DNA from: Bryobacterales bacterium
GTDB taxonomy: Bacteria > Acidobacteriota > Terriglobia > Bryobacterales > UBA6623
DNA: 64,000 bases
NCBI GenBank assembly: GCA_963422375.2
Contig: OY729428.2
Location: 224,001-288,000, forward strand
Reading direction: 5' to 3'
In this document: positions 43,045 to 53,224 of the stretch, in pieces
Position numbering within the stretch: position 1 is the stretch's first letter
Layout: each line of letters opens with the position of its first letter
Position numbers and translations under genes: made by a program
The notes under the pieces: model-generated
Database searches by the model: none
What the model was told of the DNA's origin: nothing
Seen by the model: the letters and a program-made list of their open reading frames with translations, nothing else

Positions 43045-46000
43045 ATGAAACCTCGGATCCTGCTCCCGTGCCTGCTCGGCTTCGCGGTTCCGGCCCTGTG
43101 GGGCCAGGGAGCGGTCGGGACGCTCAACGGCACGATCCTCGATTCGACCGGCGCCGTGATTCCCGGCGCCACGGTCACCGCCACCAACACCGCCACCGGA
43201 ATCGAGAGCGCGACGTCGTCCACGACAGCCGGGGCGTACACGCTTCCCTACCTCTCCCCGGGCACCTACACGCTGCGCGTGACCTCGCCCGGCTTCCGCG
43301 TCGCCATCCAGGAGAACGTCATCCTGCGGGTGGGCCAGACCATGACCGTCAACGTCCGCATGCAGCTCGGCGCGGTCACCGAGGAGGTCACTGTCAGCGC
43401 CACGCCCCCGCTGCTCGAGTCCGGCACCGCCGAGATAGGACGCTACGTCAGCTCGGAGGAATACCAGAACTGGCCGATCTTCGTGGAGGACGGGCAGCGC
43501 CAGATCCAGAGCTTCATTTTCCGCAGCCTGCCGGGCACGACGGGCGGAGAATTCGAGGGCTCGATCAACGGCGGGCAGCAGTACTCGCACGAGATTCTGA
43601 TCGAGGGAATTCCGGTGGGCAGGATGGATCTGTCCGGCGGCAACAACAACGAGATGAGCCCCTCGGCCGAAGCGGTGGGCGAGTTCAAGCTGCACACCGG
43701 GTCCATCAACGCGCAGTACAACGGCGGCCAGACGGCCGTGGCGAACTTCAACTTCAAGTCGGGCACGAACCGCCTGCACGGCTCGCTGTTCTACTACGGC
43801 CAGAACGAGGCGCTGAATGCTAACACGTACGCCAACAACTCGCGCGGCGTCGAGAAGAAGTCGCCGTTCCGGCAGCACAACTACGGCTACTCGGCCGGCG
43901 GGCCGATCCACATCCCCAAGGTCTACAGCGGCAAGAACAAGTCGTTCTTCTTCACGAACTTGGAACGGACGACAAGGTCGAACTTCAACATCTCCGGGAT
44001 GACCACCACGCTCGCCACCCCGGACTTCAAGGCGGGCAACTTCGCCCGGCTGCTCGATCCGGCATTCACCGGCAACCCGCGGTCGGGATCGGCCGTGACG
44101 AACGATGCCGGGCAGAGCTCGGTGTTCGGGATGATCTACGACCCGCTCACCACGGCCGATTCCGGGGGCGCCGCCAATAGGAGCCCGTTCCCCAACAACG
44201 CGATTCCGCAGAACCGCGTCAGCTCGGTCTACAGCAACGTGGTCGCGGCGGGCCTGCTGGATCCCGAGCTGGACGCGATGGTGCGCAACACGCCTTCGAT
44301 CGGCAGCTGCTGCCCGTTCTTCTCCCTCTACACGATCGGTGTAAAGGGCGATCACAACATCGGCCAGAAGCACCACATCTCGGGGGTCTACAACCACGAG
44401 TACCGCATTCGCAACAACAACGGCGGCGCACGCTACGAACCCGTCCCGGGTAACCCGACCCAGACCTGGCAGGACCAGTACACGCCCTCGCGCATGGTCC
44501 GCTTCTCCGTCAACTCGACGCTGTCCCCGAACGTAATCAATCGCTTCGCGAGCGGCTACAACCGCTTTCGCAACAGCAACGAATCGGTCTTCGTGGACGA
44601 GGACTGGGCCGGCAAGGTCGGCCTGCAGGGCACCTCCCCGTCGCACTTCCCGCGCATGAACTTCGCCGGGAACGAATGGCAGGGGGGCCTCACCGCCCAG
44701 ATCGGCTCGAGCAACGCGGGCGAGGGCTTCAACGGCAGCTGGATCTTCCAGGACGACATGACGATCATCCGCGGAGCGCATACGTTCCGGGTAGGCTACG
44801 AATACCGACGCTACTTCATGAACCAGCGCTCGAAGAACGGCTCGGGGAGCTTCAACTTCCAGCCCGTCCAGACGCACCTGCCGGGTTTCAGCAACGAGAC
44901 CGGCCACGCGTTCGCGAGCTTCGTCCTCGGCGCGGTGCATTCGGCCGGGCGCAGCGTCACCACGCTGTACAGCGGTCATCGCCACCCGTCCCACGGCATG
45001 TACTTCACCGACGACTGGAAGGTCACGCCGAAGCTGACCCTGAATCTCGGGATGCGCTGGGAGATCATCGAGCCGTTCTTCGAGCTGACGAACCGCATGT
45101 CGCAGGTCGATCTGAATGCGGCCAACCCCGCGGCCGGCGGCCTGCCCGGGGCGTTCGTCTTCGATAAACGGTTCCAGAGCACGAATTTCGCCCAGATCGG
45201 GCCGCGTTTCGGCTTCGCCTACCAAGCCACGCCGAACATGGTCGTGCGCGGCGGCTACGCGGTCACCAACATGCCCCCCATCCGCAACGACTGGGGCTTC
45301 GGCGGCTTCACGCGCGGCTACAGCGCGAGCATTCCGATCAACGCGGGCACGAGCCCGACGGGATTCGCCGACGACCCCGCGCACTGGCTGGACGAGCCCT
45401 ACCCGGCCTTCGAGGGATCCCTGCCGAACACCGACCCCGGGCAGGGTCTCTTCACCGGCGTGCAGACGACGGCGCGGGACAGCACGCGCCTGCCCTACAC
45501 CCAGAACTGGAACCTGACGGTCCAGTACCAGCTGCCGCATCAGTTCGTGCTCGAGACGGCCTACATCGGCAACGTCGGCCGCCGTCTCAGGAGCTCCTAC
45601 TTCAATAGCTACAACCCGCTGCCGACCAGCGCGCTGGCGCTCGGGGACGCGCTCTTCGAGCAGGTCGGCGACCATCCTCAATACAAGCCGTACGCGGACT
45701 TCCCAGACGGGCAGTCCGTGGCCCAGGCCATGCGCCCGTTCCCGCACTACACGGGCGTCACCGAGGCCTATCCGCACAACACGAACTCGAGCTACCACTC
45801 CGCGCAGGTCACGATGACGCGGCGGTTCAGCAACGGTTTTGGCGTGCTGGGGGCCTACACGTGGTCGAAGGCGATCAGCCAGGCCAACGACACCGCGCTG
45901 CAGATCGGCTGGTCGGGCGCCGTCCAGGACCATTACAACCGGGGCTTGGAGCGCGCCGTGGCGGCCTACCACATCCCGCACGTCTTCCGCGTCACGTGGC

Positions 46001-46569
46001 TCTACGAGCTGCCGTTCGGCACGGGCAGGCGCTTCGGCACCAGCAACCCGGTGCTGGAGAAGATTCTCGGAGGCTGGACCTTCAGCTCGATTCACGAATA
46101 CCGGTCGGGCACGCCGATATCGGTGGGCCAGGGGGGCGTCCGGACGCCGAGGGGCTTCAGCGGCTTCCGGCCCGACGTCACGGGAGCCAGGCAGACACTC
46201 GGGGGCGCCCCCGAGGACCTGGATTTCTTCGCGGGCACGCCGTACCTCAATCCGGACGCGTTCCAAGCCCTGGCACCGGAAAACGGCGGCCGCACCGCCA
46301 ATGGCACCCCACTAAGGCTTGGCACGGCTCCCAGGCGGCTGCCCAACGTCCGGTCGCCTCACGCCAGCAGCGAGAGGATGAGATTCACCAAGAAGGTGCT
46401 CCTGTACGAGGGCACCGAGTTCGAGTTCGGTGTCGCCGCGATCAACCCGTTCAACCGGCACGGCCGAGGATTCGTGACAACCAACGTCAGCAGCGGGGAC
46501 TTCGGCAAGCTGCGGATCAACGGCGGCGGGCAGCGAGTGATGCAGGTGGAGGCCCGCCTGATGTGGTGA
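43045..46569 (+). CDS. TonB-dependent receptor, Oar-like
   Basis: Signal peptide MKPRILL...; GTILDSTGAVIPGA, KSGTNRLHGS and TDDWKVTPKLTLNLG; ends RVMQVEARLMW. Confidence 0.92.
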   Translation: MKPRILLPCLLGFAVPALWGQGAVGTLNGTILDSTGAVIPGATVTATNTATGIESATSSTTAGAYTLPYLSPGTYTLRVTSPGFRVAIQENVILRVGQTMTVNVRMQLGAVTEEVTVSATPPLLESGTAEIGRYVSSEEYQNWPIFVEDGQRQIQSFIFRSLPGTTGGEFEGSINGGQQYSHEILIEGIPVGRMDLSGGNNNEMSPSAEAVGEFKLHTGSINAQYNGGQTAVANFNFKSGTNRLHGSLFYYGQNEALNANTYANNSRGVEKKSPFRQHNYGYSAGGPIHIPKVYSGKNKSFFFTNLERTTRSNFNISGMTTTLATPDFKAGNFARLLDPAFTGNPRSGSAVTNDAGQSSVFGMIYDPLTTADSGGAANRSPFPNNAIPQNRVSSVYSNVVAAGLLDPELDAMVRNTPSIGSCCPFFSLYTIGVKGDHNIGQKHHISGVYNHEYRIRNNNGGARYEPVPGNPTQTWQDQYTPSRMVRFSVNSTLSPNVINRFASGYNRFRNSNESVFVDEDWAGKVGLQGTSPSHFPRMNFAGNEWQGGLTAQIGSSNAGEGFNGSWIFQDDMTIIRGAHTFRVGYEYRRYFMNQRSKNGSGSFNFQPVQTHLPGFSNETGHAFASFVLGAVHSAGRSVTTLYSGHRHPSHGMYFTDDWKVTPKLTLNLGMRWEIIEPFFELTNRMSQVDLNAANPAAGGLPGAFVFDKRFQSTNFAQIGPRFGFAYQATPNMVVRGGYAVTNMPPIRNDWGFGGFTRGYSASIPINAGTSPTGFADDPAHWLDEPYPAFEGSLPNTDPGQGLFTGVQTTARDSTRLPYTQNWNLTVQYQLPHQFVLETAYIGNVGRRLRSSYFNSYNPLPTSALALGDALFEQVGDHPQYKPYADFPDGQSVAQAMRPFPHYTGVTEAYPHNTNSSYHSAQVTMTRRFSNGFGVLGAYTWSKAISQANDTALQIGWSGAVQDHYNRGLERAVAAYHIPHVFRVTWLYELPFGTGRRFGTSNPVLEKILGGWTFSSIHEYRSGTPISVGQGGVRTPRGFSGFRPDVTGARQTLGGAPEDLDFFAGTPYLNPDAFQALAPENGGRTANGTPLRLGTAPRRLPNVRSPHASSERMRFTKKVLLYEGTEFEFGVAAINPFNRHGRGFVTTNVSSGDFGKLRINGGGQRVMQVEARLMW

Positions 46570-47657
46570 GCGCTGCTCGCCGGGCTGCCGCCGGCGGCGC
46601 GCCGGCAGGTAGCCGCGGGCGCGAGGCGGCGCTTGCCGCGTGGCTGGGTGCGGCGGTCGCGGCCGTGCCGGGTCTTCCTGCAGCCGAGGCGGCCCTGCCG
46701 TGCGACTCGGACGCCGTCCGGGCGTTGAAGCAGCGCGCGCGAGCCCCGGCTACGCAGCCGGAGGCGGCCGCAGATCTGCTCGAGCAAGCCTTCCGGGCGT
46801 GTCCGGAGCAGGCGGGCCTCCTACTGGAGGCCGCGCGCTTGCTCGCGTCGAGCCAAGAGTTCGACGAGGCGGCCGCGACGGCGAGCCGGTTCCTGGCGGG
46901 CGCCCCGCGCTCCCTGCCCGGCCTCGTCGTGAAGGCGAACGCCGAGCTCATGGCCCAGAGGTTCGAGGATGCCGACGAGTCCGCGCGACGCGCCCTGGAA
47001 ATCGATCCGCGCAGCGCCGGCGCGCTCAAGGTGCGCGGCAACGCCCGCTATTTCCTCGGGGATGCCGCGCAAGCCGAGCAGGCCTTCCTGAAGCTGCTGG
47101 ACAGCTACCCGGAGGACTCGAGCGGGGCGTACATGCTGGGCAGGATTTACTACCAAGAGGAGCGCTTCAGCCTGGCCGCGGCCCAGTTCCAGCGAGTGCT
47201 CCGGCTGGAGCCGGCTTCCTACAAGGCGTACGACAACCTCGGCCTGTGCTTCGAGGCCTTGGGCGAGACTGAACGCGCGGTGCGCCACTATCTCGCCGCG
47301 ATCCAGCTCGTCGAGTCGGCCCATCCCAGCTACGACTGGCCCTACGCGAACCTCGCCAGCCTGCTGATCGACAGGGGCGACTTCCAGAAGGGCCTTGACG
47401 CGGCCAGCACGGCGGCCAGGCGCAATCCGAGCGGGGCCCGAAACTTCTTCCTCGCGGGCAAGGCGCTCGCGAAGCTGGGTCGCAGCCGCGACTCGCTGCG
47501 GTGGCTCGAGCGGGCCACCGAGCTGGATCCCGCATACGCCGAGCCGCTCTACTGGCTCGGGCGGGTGCGCTCCCGGCTGGGGGACGAGGAGGGCGCGCGA
47601 CGGGCGCTGTCGGATTTCCGCGCGGCGAAGGCGAGCGAACCGGATGACATTCGCTAG
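46566..47657 (+). CDS. TPR repeat protein
   Basis: GTGA overlap with the TBDR stop; YMLGRIYY, KAYDNLGLC and EPLYWLGR units. Confidence 0.85.
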   Translation: MSAARRAAAGGAPAGSRGREAALAAWLGAAVAAVPGLPAAEAALPCDSDAVRALKQRARAPATQPEAAADLLEQAFRACPEQAGLLLEAARLLASSQEFDEAAATASRFLAGAPRSLPGLVVKANAELMAQRFEDADESARRALEIDPRSAGALKVRGNARYFLGDAAQAEQAFLKLLDSYPEDSSGAYMLGRIYYQEERFSLAAAQFQRVLRLEPASYKAYDNLGLCFEALGETERAVRHYLAAIQLVESAHPSYDWPYANLASLLIDRGDFQKGLDAASTAARRNPSGARNFFLAGKALAKLGRSRDSLRWLERATELDPAYAEPLYWLGRVRSRLGDEEGARRALSDFRAAKASEPDDIR

Positions 47658-49281
47658 CGGGCGCGTTCGGCTCGGCGCGACCATCCTCGCCGGGGCGCTG
47701 CTCCCCGGGCTGGTCGGCCAAGACGGTATTCGCTTCCGGGACGTTTCTCCGGCGGCCGGGCTCGACTTCGTACTCGCACACCACCCCACCCCCGAGAAGC
47801 GCCTGGTCGAGGCGATGGGCGGCGGGGTGGCCGCGTTCGATTTCGACGGCGACGGTCTCACCGATGTATTCTTCGCCAACGGCGCGCCGTTGCCTTCTCT
47901 GCGCAAGGAGTCGGAGACGGACTGGAACCGGCTGTACAGGAACGCGGGAGGGCTGCGCTTCACCGACATCACGGCGGAGGCCGGCCTGCAGGGCGAGGGG
48001 TACTGCACGGGCGCGGCGGCGGCCGATTTCGACAACGACGGGGATGTGGACCTGTTCGCGGCCTGCTTGAGAGGCACCAAGCTCTACCGCAACGAGGCCG
48101 GCGAGCGCTTCGCCGACGTCACGGACACGGCCGGGATCGCGGCCGGCGCCTGGCCGATCGCGGGGGCATGGCTGGACTACGACCTAGACGGATGGCTCGA
48201 CCTCTTCGTCGTGAACTACCTGCTGGGTGCGACCGACGGCGACGCCTACTGCGGCGACCCGAGCGCGGGCGTCCGGTCGTACTGCGACCCCGCCCTCTTC
48301 GACGGACTGCCCAACCAGCTGTTTCGTAACCGCGGCGACGGGTCGTTCGAGGACGTGTCGGCGGGGACGGGCATCGCGGCACACGTCGGCAAGGGCATGA
48401 GCGCCGCAGTGGCCGACTACGACCGCGACGGCCATCCGGATGTCTTCGTCACGAACGACAAGACCGCGAACTTCCTTTTCCGCAACCTCGGGGACGGCTC
48501 ATTCGAGGAGACCGCCCTGCTCGCGGGCGCCGCTCTGCAGGACCACGGCAAGGCAGTCTCCGGCATGGGCGTGGCATTCGGCGACATCGACCGCGACTCC
48601 TTGCCCGACATACTCTTCACCGCACTCTACGGCGAGACGTTCCCGGTATTTCGCAACGTCGGGTCCGGTCGCTTCCGCGACGTCACCTATCCGACCGGCG
48701 TCAGCAAGCTGACGCACCAGCTCAGCGGGTGGGGCATCGGCCTGATCGATTTCGACAATGACGGGGCGACGGACATCTTCACCGCGAACTCGCACGTCAA
48801 CGATACCGTCGAGCACTTCTCGGCGGCCAGATACGAGCTGCCGAACACCGTCTTCGCGAACGCCGGTGACGGGACGTTCCTCGCCGTGCCCGACGCCGGC
48901 CTGCTCTCGCCCCGCGCGCATCGCGGGGCCGCGTTCGCGGACTTCGACGGAGACGGCCGCGTCGACGTGGTGGTCACGGCCTTGGGAGAGCGGCCGCAGC
49001 TGCTGCAGAACGTGACCGAGAATGGAAACGCTTGGCTCGGCGTTCGCCTGACGGGGACTCGCAGCAATCGGGACGGCTTCGGGGCGACCGTGATCGTCGG
49101 GCAGCAGACGGTCCATGCAACTTCGAGCGTGGGGTATGCCTCGTCGAGCCATGGCCCGCTGCATTTCGGTCTGGGTTCCGCAAGCGGGGACGTGAGCGTG
49201 AGGATCGAGTGGCCCAGCGGCGAGACGCAGACGCTGCACGGCATCAAGCCGAACCGAATGCTGCGGGTGCTCGAGCCCTAA
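47644..49281 (+). CDS. CRTAC1 family protein (FG-GAP repeats + ASPIC/UnbV)
   Basis: DFDGDGLTD-type repeats; GYASSS...LHFGLG and IEWPSG. Confidence 0.9.
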   Translation: MTFASGRVRLGATILAGALLPGLVGQDGIRFRDVSPAAGLDFVLAHHPTPEKRLVEAMGGGVAAFDFDGDGLTDVFFANGAPLPSLRKESETDWNRLYRNAGGLRFTDITAEAGLQGEGYCTGAAAADFDNDGDVDLFAACLRGTKLYRNEAGERFADVTDTAGIAAGAWPIAGAWLDYDLDGWLDLFVVNYLLGATDGDAYCGDPSAGVRSYCDPALFDGLPNQLFRNRGDGSFEDVSAGTGIAAHVGKGMSAAVADYDRDGHPDVFVTNDKTANFLFRNLGDGSFEETALLAGAALQDHGKAVSGMGVAFGDIDRDSLPDILFTALYGETFPVFRNVGSGRFRDVTYPTGVSKLTHQLSGWGIGLIDFDNDGATDIFTANSHVNDTVEHFSAARYELPNTVFANAGDGTFLAVPDAGLLSPRAHRGAAFADFDGDGRVDVVVTALGERPQLLQNVTENGNAWLGVRLTGTRSNRDGFGATVIVGQQTVHATSSVGYASSSHGPLHFGLGSASGDVSVRIEWPSGETQTLHGIKPNRMLRVLEP

Positions 49282-49378
49282 AGCATCCTCCGCGAGGGGC
49301 CGCCAGCCGAACGCTCCATTTTCTCGCCCGCATGTCCAGACGGACGCGGTGGAGGCCTAGGGCATGGGCCGCCCGCGA

Positions 49379-50869
49379 TCACCTGCCTTGGCGCAAGTCT
49401 TCCGAGACGCTCCTGACATCGCGCTGAACCCGCTCCAGGCGCCTCCGGCTGAGTTCGCGGTACCGCTCGATCTCGCGAGCTGCGTCCTCCGCGCGACCGG
49501 TCCTGCTATAGGCGTTCGCGAGCAGGAAGCGGGCTCTCTCGTGGCTGGGCTCGGACCTCGCGAATCCCTCAAGTTCCCGAATCGCCGAGGCGTAGTCGCC
49601 CTTCTCCAGATAGGCCCTCCCCAGTTCGAACCGTGCCTCAAGGAAGCCGGCGCCAGCCGCGATCGCCGCCTCAAGGTGCTCGACAGCATCCCCCGCCCTG
49701 CCTTGATCCAGAAGCAAGCCTCCCAGGCGGTAGCGGGCGAGCGCGTGGTGCGGGTTGCGCTCGATCTCTTCCGAAAACCACCGAATCGCTTCTCGCAGCC
49801 GTCCGGCGCGCCTGTGAACGTCGCCGATGGCGTAGCGCAGCCCGGGCAGCGCCGGCCGCTTCGCGAGCGCCCTCCCGTAAGCCTTCAGCGCCTTGGCGAA
49901 TTCCGTCCGGCCCGCGTGCTGCTCGGCTCGCAGCTGGTCAACTCGATGCGATTCCGGCGCGACCGCACTCAGCCGGTCCACCGTCAGGGCGGCAAAGCCC
50001 TTGTACGATCTGCCGAGCCAATACATGCCCTCGGTGTCGTCCGGATTCGCGGCCAGAGCCTCCCTGGCGATCCGTGCCGCCTCGCCGTACCGGGCGGCTC
50101 CGAAAGCCCCCCGCAGCGGCGCGAACCGATCCTCTTCCCGAACAGATTCGCCCGAGCCGCCCGTACCCGGCCCGTCCGAGGCTGCATTGATCGTTCCGGC
50201 TAGGTCCGGTCGCTCTTCGAGGGCCCGGCGGTACTCCGAGCGGGCCCTCTCCGTCTCGCCCTCGGCGGCGAAACGCTCCGCTTGCAAGAGATAGACAAAG
50301 GGCGAGTCCGGCTCGATGCGGCCGATCCCCTCGAATAGCTGCGTTGCTCGGTTATCGTAGGCCCGGGCGAGGTGGAACAGCGTATCCTCGTCGGCCTGCC
50401 CGCCCGCGGCGAGTCCCGACAGGTGGCGGATCGCCTCTTCGTAGCGCTGTAGGGCCGCGAGGCTGAGCCCAAGCCATCGCCGCGCGTCCTCCTGGCCCGG
50501 GTTCAGCGCGATGCAGCGGTCCAAGGCCGCGACGGCTTCCTCGAATCGCCCGACCCGGTAGTAGTCCATGCCGAGAAAAAGAAACGCGCCCCATAGCTCG
50601 CTGTCCAAGGCGACCGCCCGGCTCAACTGCTCGATGGCCGGCTCGTAGCGTCCCGCAAGGTGGTAGGCGACGCCCAGGCTCTGGCGGGCGAGGGCCCAGT
50701 CCGGGCGGATCGAGACTACGGCCTCGTACTCCTTCGCCGCGGCGGCGTAGTCCTTGGCCGCCTGCGCCACCTGCGCCGCTCCGAGATGGGCCTCCACCCG
50801 GGCGTCGGCGGCACCGGCCGTCTGCGCCCGACCGGCCGAGTACATCGCCAGCCCTAGGACAGCCAGCAT
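49379..50869 (-). CDS. exported TPR repeat protein
   Basis: Signal-like MLAVLGLAMYSAGRAQ followed by TPR units; frame stays open upstream to 51046, so the start is uncertain. Confidence 0.85.
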   Translation of the reverse strand: MLAVLGLAMYSAGRAQTAGAADARVEAHLGAAQVAQAAKDYAAAAKEYEAVVSIRPDWALARQSLGVAYHLAGRYEPAIEQLSRAVALDSELWGAFLFLGMDYYRVGRFEEAVAALDRCIALNPGQEDARRWLGLSLAALQRYEEAIRHLSGLAAGGQADEDTLFHLARAYDNRATQLFEGIGRIEPDSPFVYLLQAERFAAEGETERARSEYRRALEERPDLAGTINAASDGPGTGGSGESVREEDRFAPLRGAFGAARYGEAARIAREALAANPDDTEGMYWLGRSYKGFAALTVDRLSAVAPESHRVDQLRAEQHAGRTEFAKALKAYGRALAKRPALPGLRYAIGDVHRRAGRLREAIRWFSEEIERNPHHALARYRLGGLLLDQGRAGDAVEHLEAAIAAGAGFLEARFELGRAYLEKGDYASAIRELEGFARSEPSHERARFLLANAYSRTGRAEDAAREIERYRELSRRRLERVQRDVRSVSEDLRQGR

Positions 50870-51038
50870 GCCGAGGGCGGCGGCCCGTCCCGCCGGTCGA
50901 GACGCGAGAGCGCGCGAATCGTCTATTTCGGGCCGAGGCAGGCGCAACGGGTGGGGTACGGGCGCGTGCTGGCTGCCGAGGGAGGGATCGTCCCGCGCAC
51001 GACTCATGCTTCCGCAAATCCTGCCGGGCCGCCCCCGG

Positions 51039-51368
51039 CTAGTCACTTGCCAGGGGGGCCGAGACTGCCTCGTGCTTCCTCGCCCATGCGGTGGTCTTGC
51101 CGCCGTCAGTCAGCTGCCACACCCGATAAATCAGCCACAAACCGGCGAGTAGCAGCAACACCGAAACGGCAATTACGCCCCACCAAGCAGGCGATCCGCT
51201 CAGATCCTCGCGGAAGGCTGACAGCGACGTCCAAAGGCTCATGCTCGTCGAGAGGAGCGTTCCGCCGACGATCGAACGCCAGCCGCCGAACCTCGCCTGC
51301 AGGACGAGACTGAACACGAGCCCGGCCACGAACGCCCCGGCAATCGGGATCGCCAAGAGAATGAACAC
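51039..51368 (-). CDS. small membrane protein (about 3 TM)
   Basis: Hydrophobic segments FILLAIPIAGAFVAGLVFSLVL and WWGVIAVSVLLLLAGLWLIY. Confidence 0.55.
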   Translation of the reverse strand: MFILLAIPIAGAFVAGLVFSLVLQARFGGWRSIVGGTLLSTSMSLWTSLSAFREDLSGSPAWWGVIAVSVLLLLAGLWLIYRVWQLTDGGKTTAWARKHEAVSAPLASD

Positions 51369-51517
51369 GGCCCGAATATACCATCGCCTTGGGGCGGCAG
51401 CACTCTCGTCGCTGAACCGCCGGTTCTCCGCAAGGGATCCCGCCCGCCATTTGGCACCAGCCCCTGCAACCCGCGCGATGCGCCGATAGGGACTGGCTTC
51501 CGTAGAATGCATAGGGA

Positions 51518-53224
51518 ATGCGGTGCCCGCGACCGACCGCCCCGTGGCTGGCACATATCGGCGCCTTTCTCTGCGCGCTGGGCGCACTCCCCGGGGCGCC
51601 GCAGGGCCTGGACGCAAGCCAGCAAGCCGCCCTCGACCGGCATCTGCAGCAGGCGCAGGTCCACTTGGACCAAGAGCGCTACACCCTCGCCAAGGAGGAA
51701 TTGCAGCAGGCGATCTCGATCCACCCAGCCATTCCCGGGGCTTACTACCAGCTCGGACTGGCGCACTGGCATCTTCGGGAGCTGGCCGAGGCAAAGGCGG
51801 CGTTCCGGCGGGAATTGGGTTTCGAGCCCCCGGACGCCTATTCCCTGTACTACTTGGGGAGGATCGCGCTGAGCGAGGGGAGCACCGAGGAGGCCGTTGG
51901 GCATTTCGAGGGAGTGGCGAGGATCGGCAACGTCCTGGACGCGCGCCAGCGGCTGGCGAGCGGGTACCTGCGGCTCGGGCGGATCCAAGAGGCCGCGACC
52001 CTGCTGGAGGAGACGGTCCGGCGCTGGCCGGAGCAGGGCGAGAGCCACTACCTTCTGGGGCGCGCCTACCAGAGGATGGGGCGCGCCGAGGCGGCGCGCT
52101 TCGAATTCGAACTCGCCGAGCGCTGGAAGGGCAAGCTGCACGAAGAAATCCAAGACCTTGTCGAACTCCGCATGCTGCTGCAAGACAGGAAGCAGCTCGA
52201 GGCGGCCGCGATGGCGAGGAGACTCGCAGGGTCAGGCGACCCCGAAGTGCTCTTCAGCACAGCAGTCGCCCTAGGCCGGCACGGATTTCACGGCGAGGCC
52301 CTGCCGCTCCTGCTCCAAGTGGTGCAGGCCCGGCCGCGACATGCCGAGGCGTTCTACAACATCGCGCTCGCGCACGTGTCTCTCGGCAAGCCGGAAGAGG
52401 CGGTCCGCTCGCTCGGCACTGCCGTCCACCTTCGCCCGGAATTCTACGAGGCGCGCCTGCTGCTCGGGAACCTCCTGGTCCAAGGGGGAGACTCCGAAGG
52501 GGCCATACCGCACTTGCGGGCGGCGGCGCTAGCCCGGCCAGGCAATGCCAAGCTAGCAGCGTTCCTCGGACTGCAGTACATGCAGGGCCGCTACTACGGG
52601 GACGCTGTCGAGACTCTCCGCAAGGCTGTCGAACTCGACGCGGGCGATGCCGACCTGCGCGGGCTTCTGGTGGACGCCCACTACAGGAACCACGACTTCG
52701 AGCGCGCTGTGGAAGAGGCGCATCGCGCGCGCGCGGACTTCCCGCGGTCACCGAACGCCCATTACCAGCTCGCCTGGCAGCTGGAGAACATGGGCCGCTT
52801 CGCCGAGGCACGCGAATCCCTCGAGAAGACCTTGGTACTCGACTCCGGCTTCGCGGAAGCGCGCCGCATGCTAGGGGAGATCGTCCTGCGGACGGGCGAC
52901 GCCGCGGGCAGCCTCGCGCACTTCCGCCAGGCGCTCGCGCTGGAGCCACGTTCGGCGCACGCGTACGCCGGACTGGGCAAGGCGCTGATCCAGCTCAAGC
53001 GGTACGAGGAAGCGGCCGATGCGATGGAAACGGCGGTCGCGATCGATCCGCAACTCGCGGCCCTGCGGCTGAACCTGTCCCATGCCTACCGTGCCCTCGG
53101 GCGGCTGGACGAGGCCAAGCTGGAGGCGACGCTGTTCGCCGAGTTGAACCGCAGGCGAGCAGAGGAGCGGGACCGGGACGTTGAGAGGACCTACGTGGCA
53201 CCGGAGTCGCGCGACCCGCTGTGA
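51518..53224 (+). CDS. exported TPR repeat protein
   Basis: Signal peptide and more than 10 TPR-like units. Confidence 0.88.
   Translation: MRCPRPTAPWLAHIGAFLCALGALPGAPQGLDASQQAALDRHLQQAQVHLDQERYTLAKEELQQAISIHPAIPGAYYQLGLAHWHLRELAEAKAAFRRELGFEPPDAYSLYYLGRIALSEGSTEEAVGHFEGVARIGNVLDARQRLASGYLRLGRIQEAATLLEETVRRWPEQGESHYLLGRAYQRMGRAEAARFEFELAERWKGKLHEEIQDLVELRMLLQDRKQLEAAAMARRLAGSGDPEVLFSTAVALGRHGFHGEALPLLLQVVQARPRHAEAFYNIALAHVSLGKPEEAVRSLGTAVHLRPEFYEARLLLGNLLVQGGDSEGAIPHLRAAALARPGNAKLAAFLGLQYMQGRYYGDAVETLRKAVELDAGDADLRGLLVDAHYRNHDFERAVEEAHRARADFPRSPNAHYQLAWQLENMGRFAEARESLEKTLVLDSGFAEARRMLGEIVLRTGDAAGSLAHFRQALALEPRSAHAYAGLGKALIQLKRYEEAADAMETAVAIDPQLAALRLNLSHAYRALGRLDEAKLEATLFAELNRRRAEERDRDVERTYVAPESRDPL

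Noticed and set aside
43024..46266. 1080-aa antisense ORF (and similar long ORFs opposite hsdR, TBDR 1 and the CRTAC1 genes)
   Set aside because: Shadow ORFs expected from GC-rich codon bias; no recognisable motifs.
45861..46565. Long N-terminal extension of the TPR gene (likewise 25530-25802 and 47395-47643 for CRTAC1 genes)
   Set aside because: Out-of-frame overlap with neighbouring real genes.
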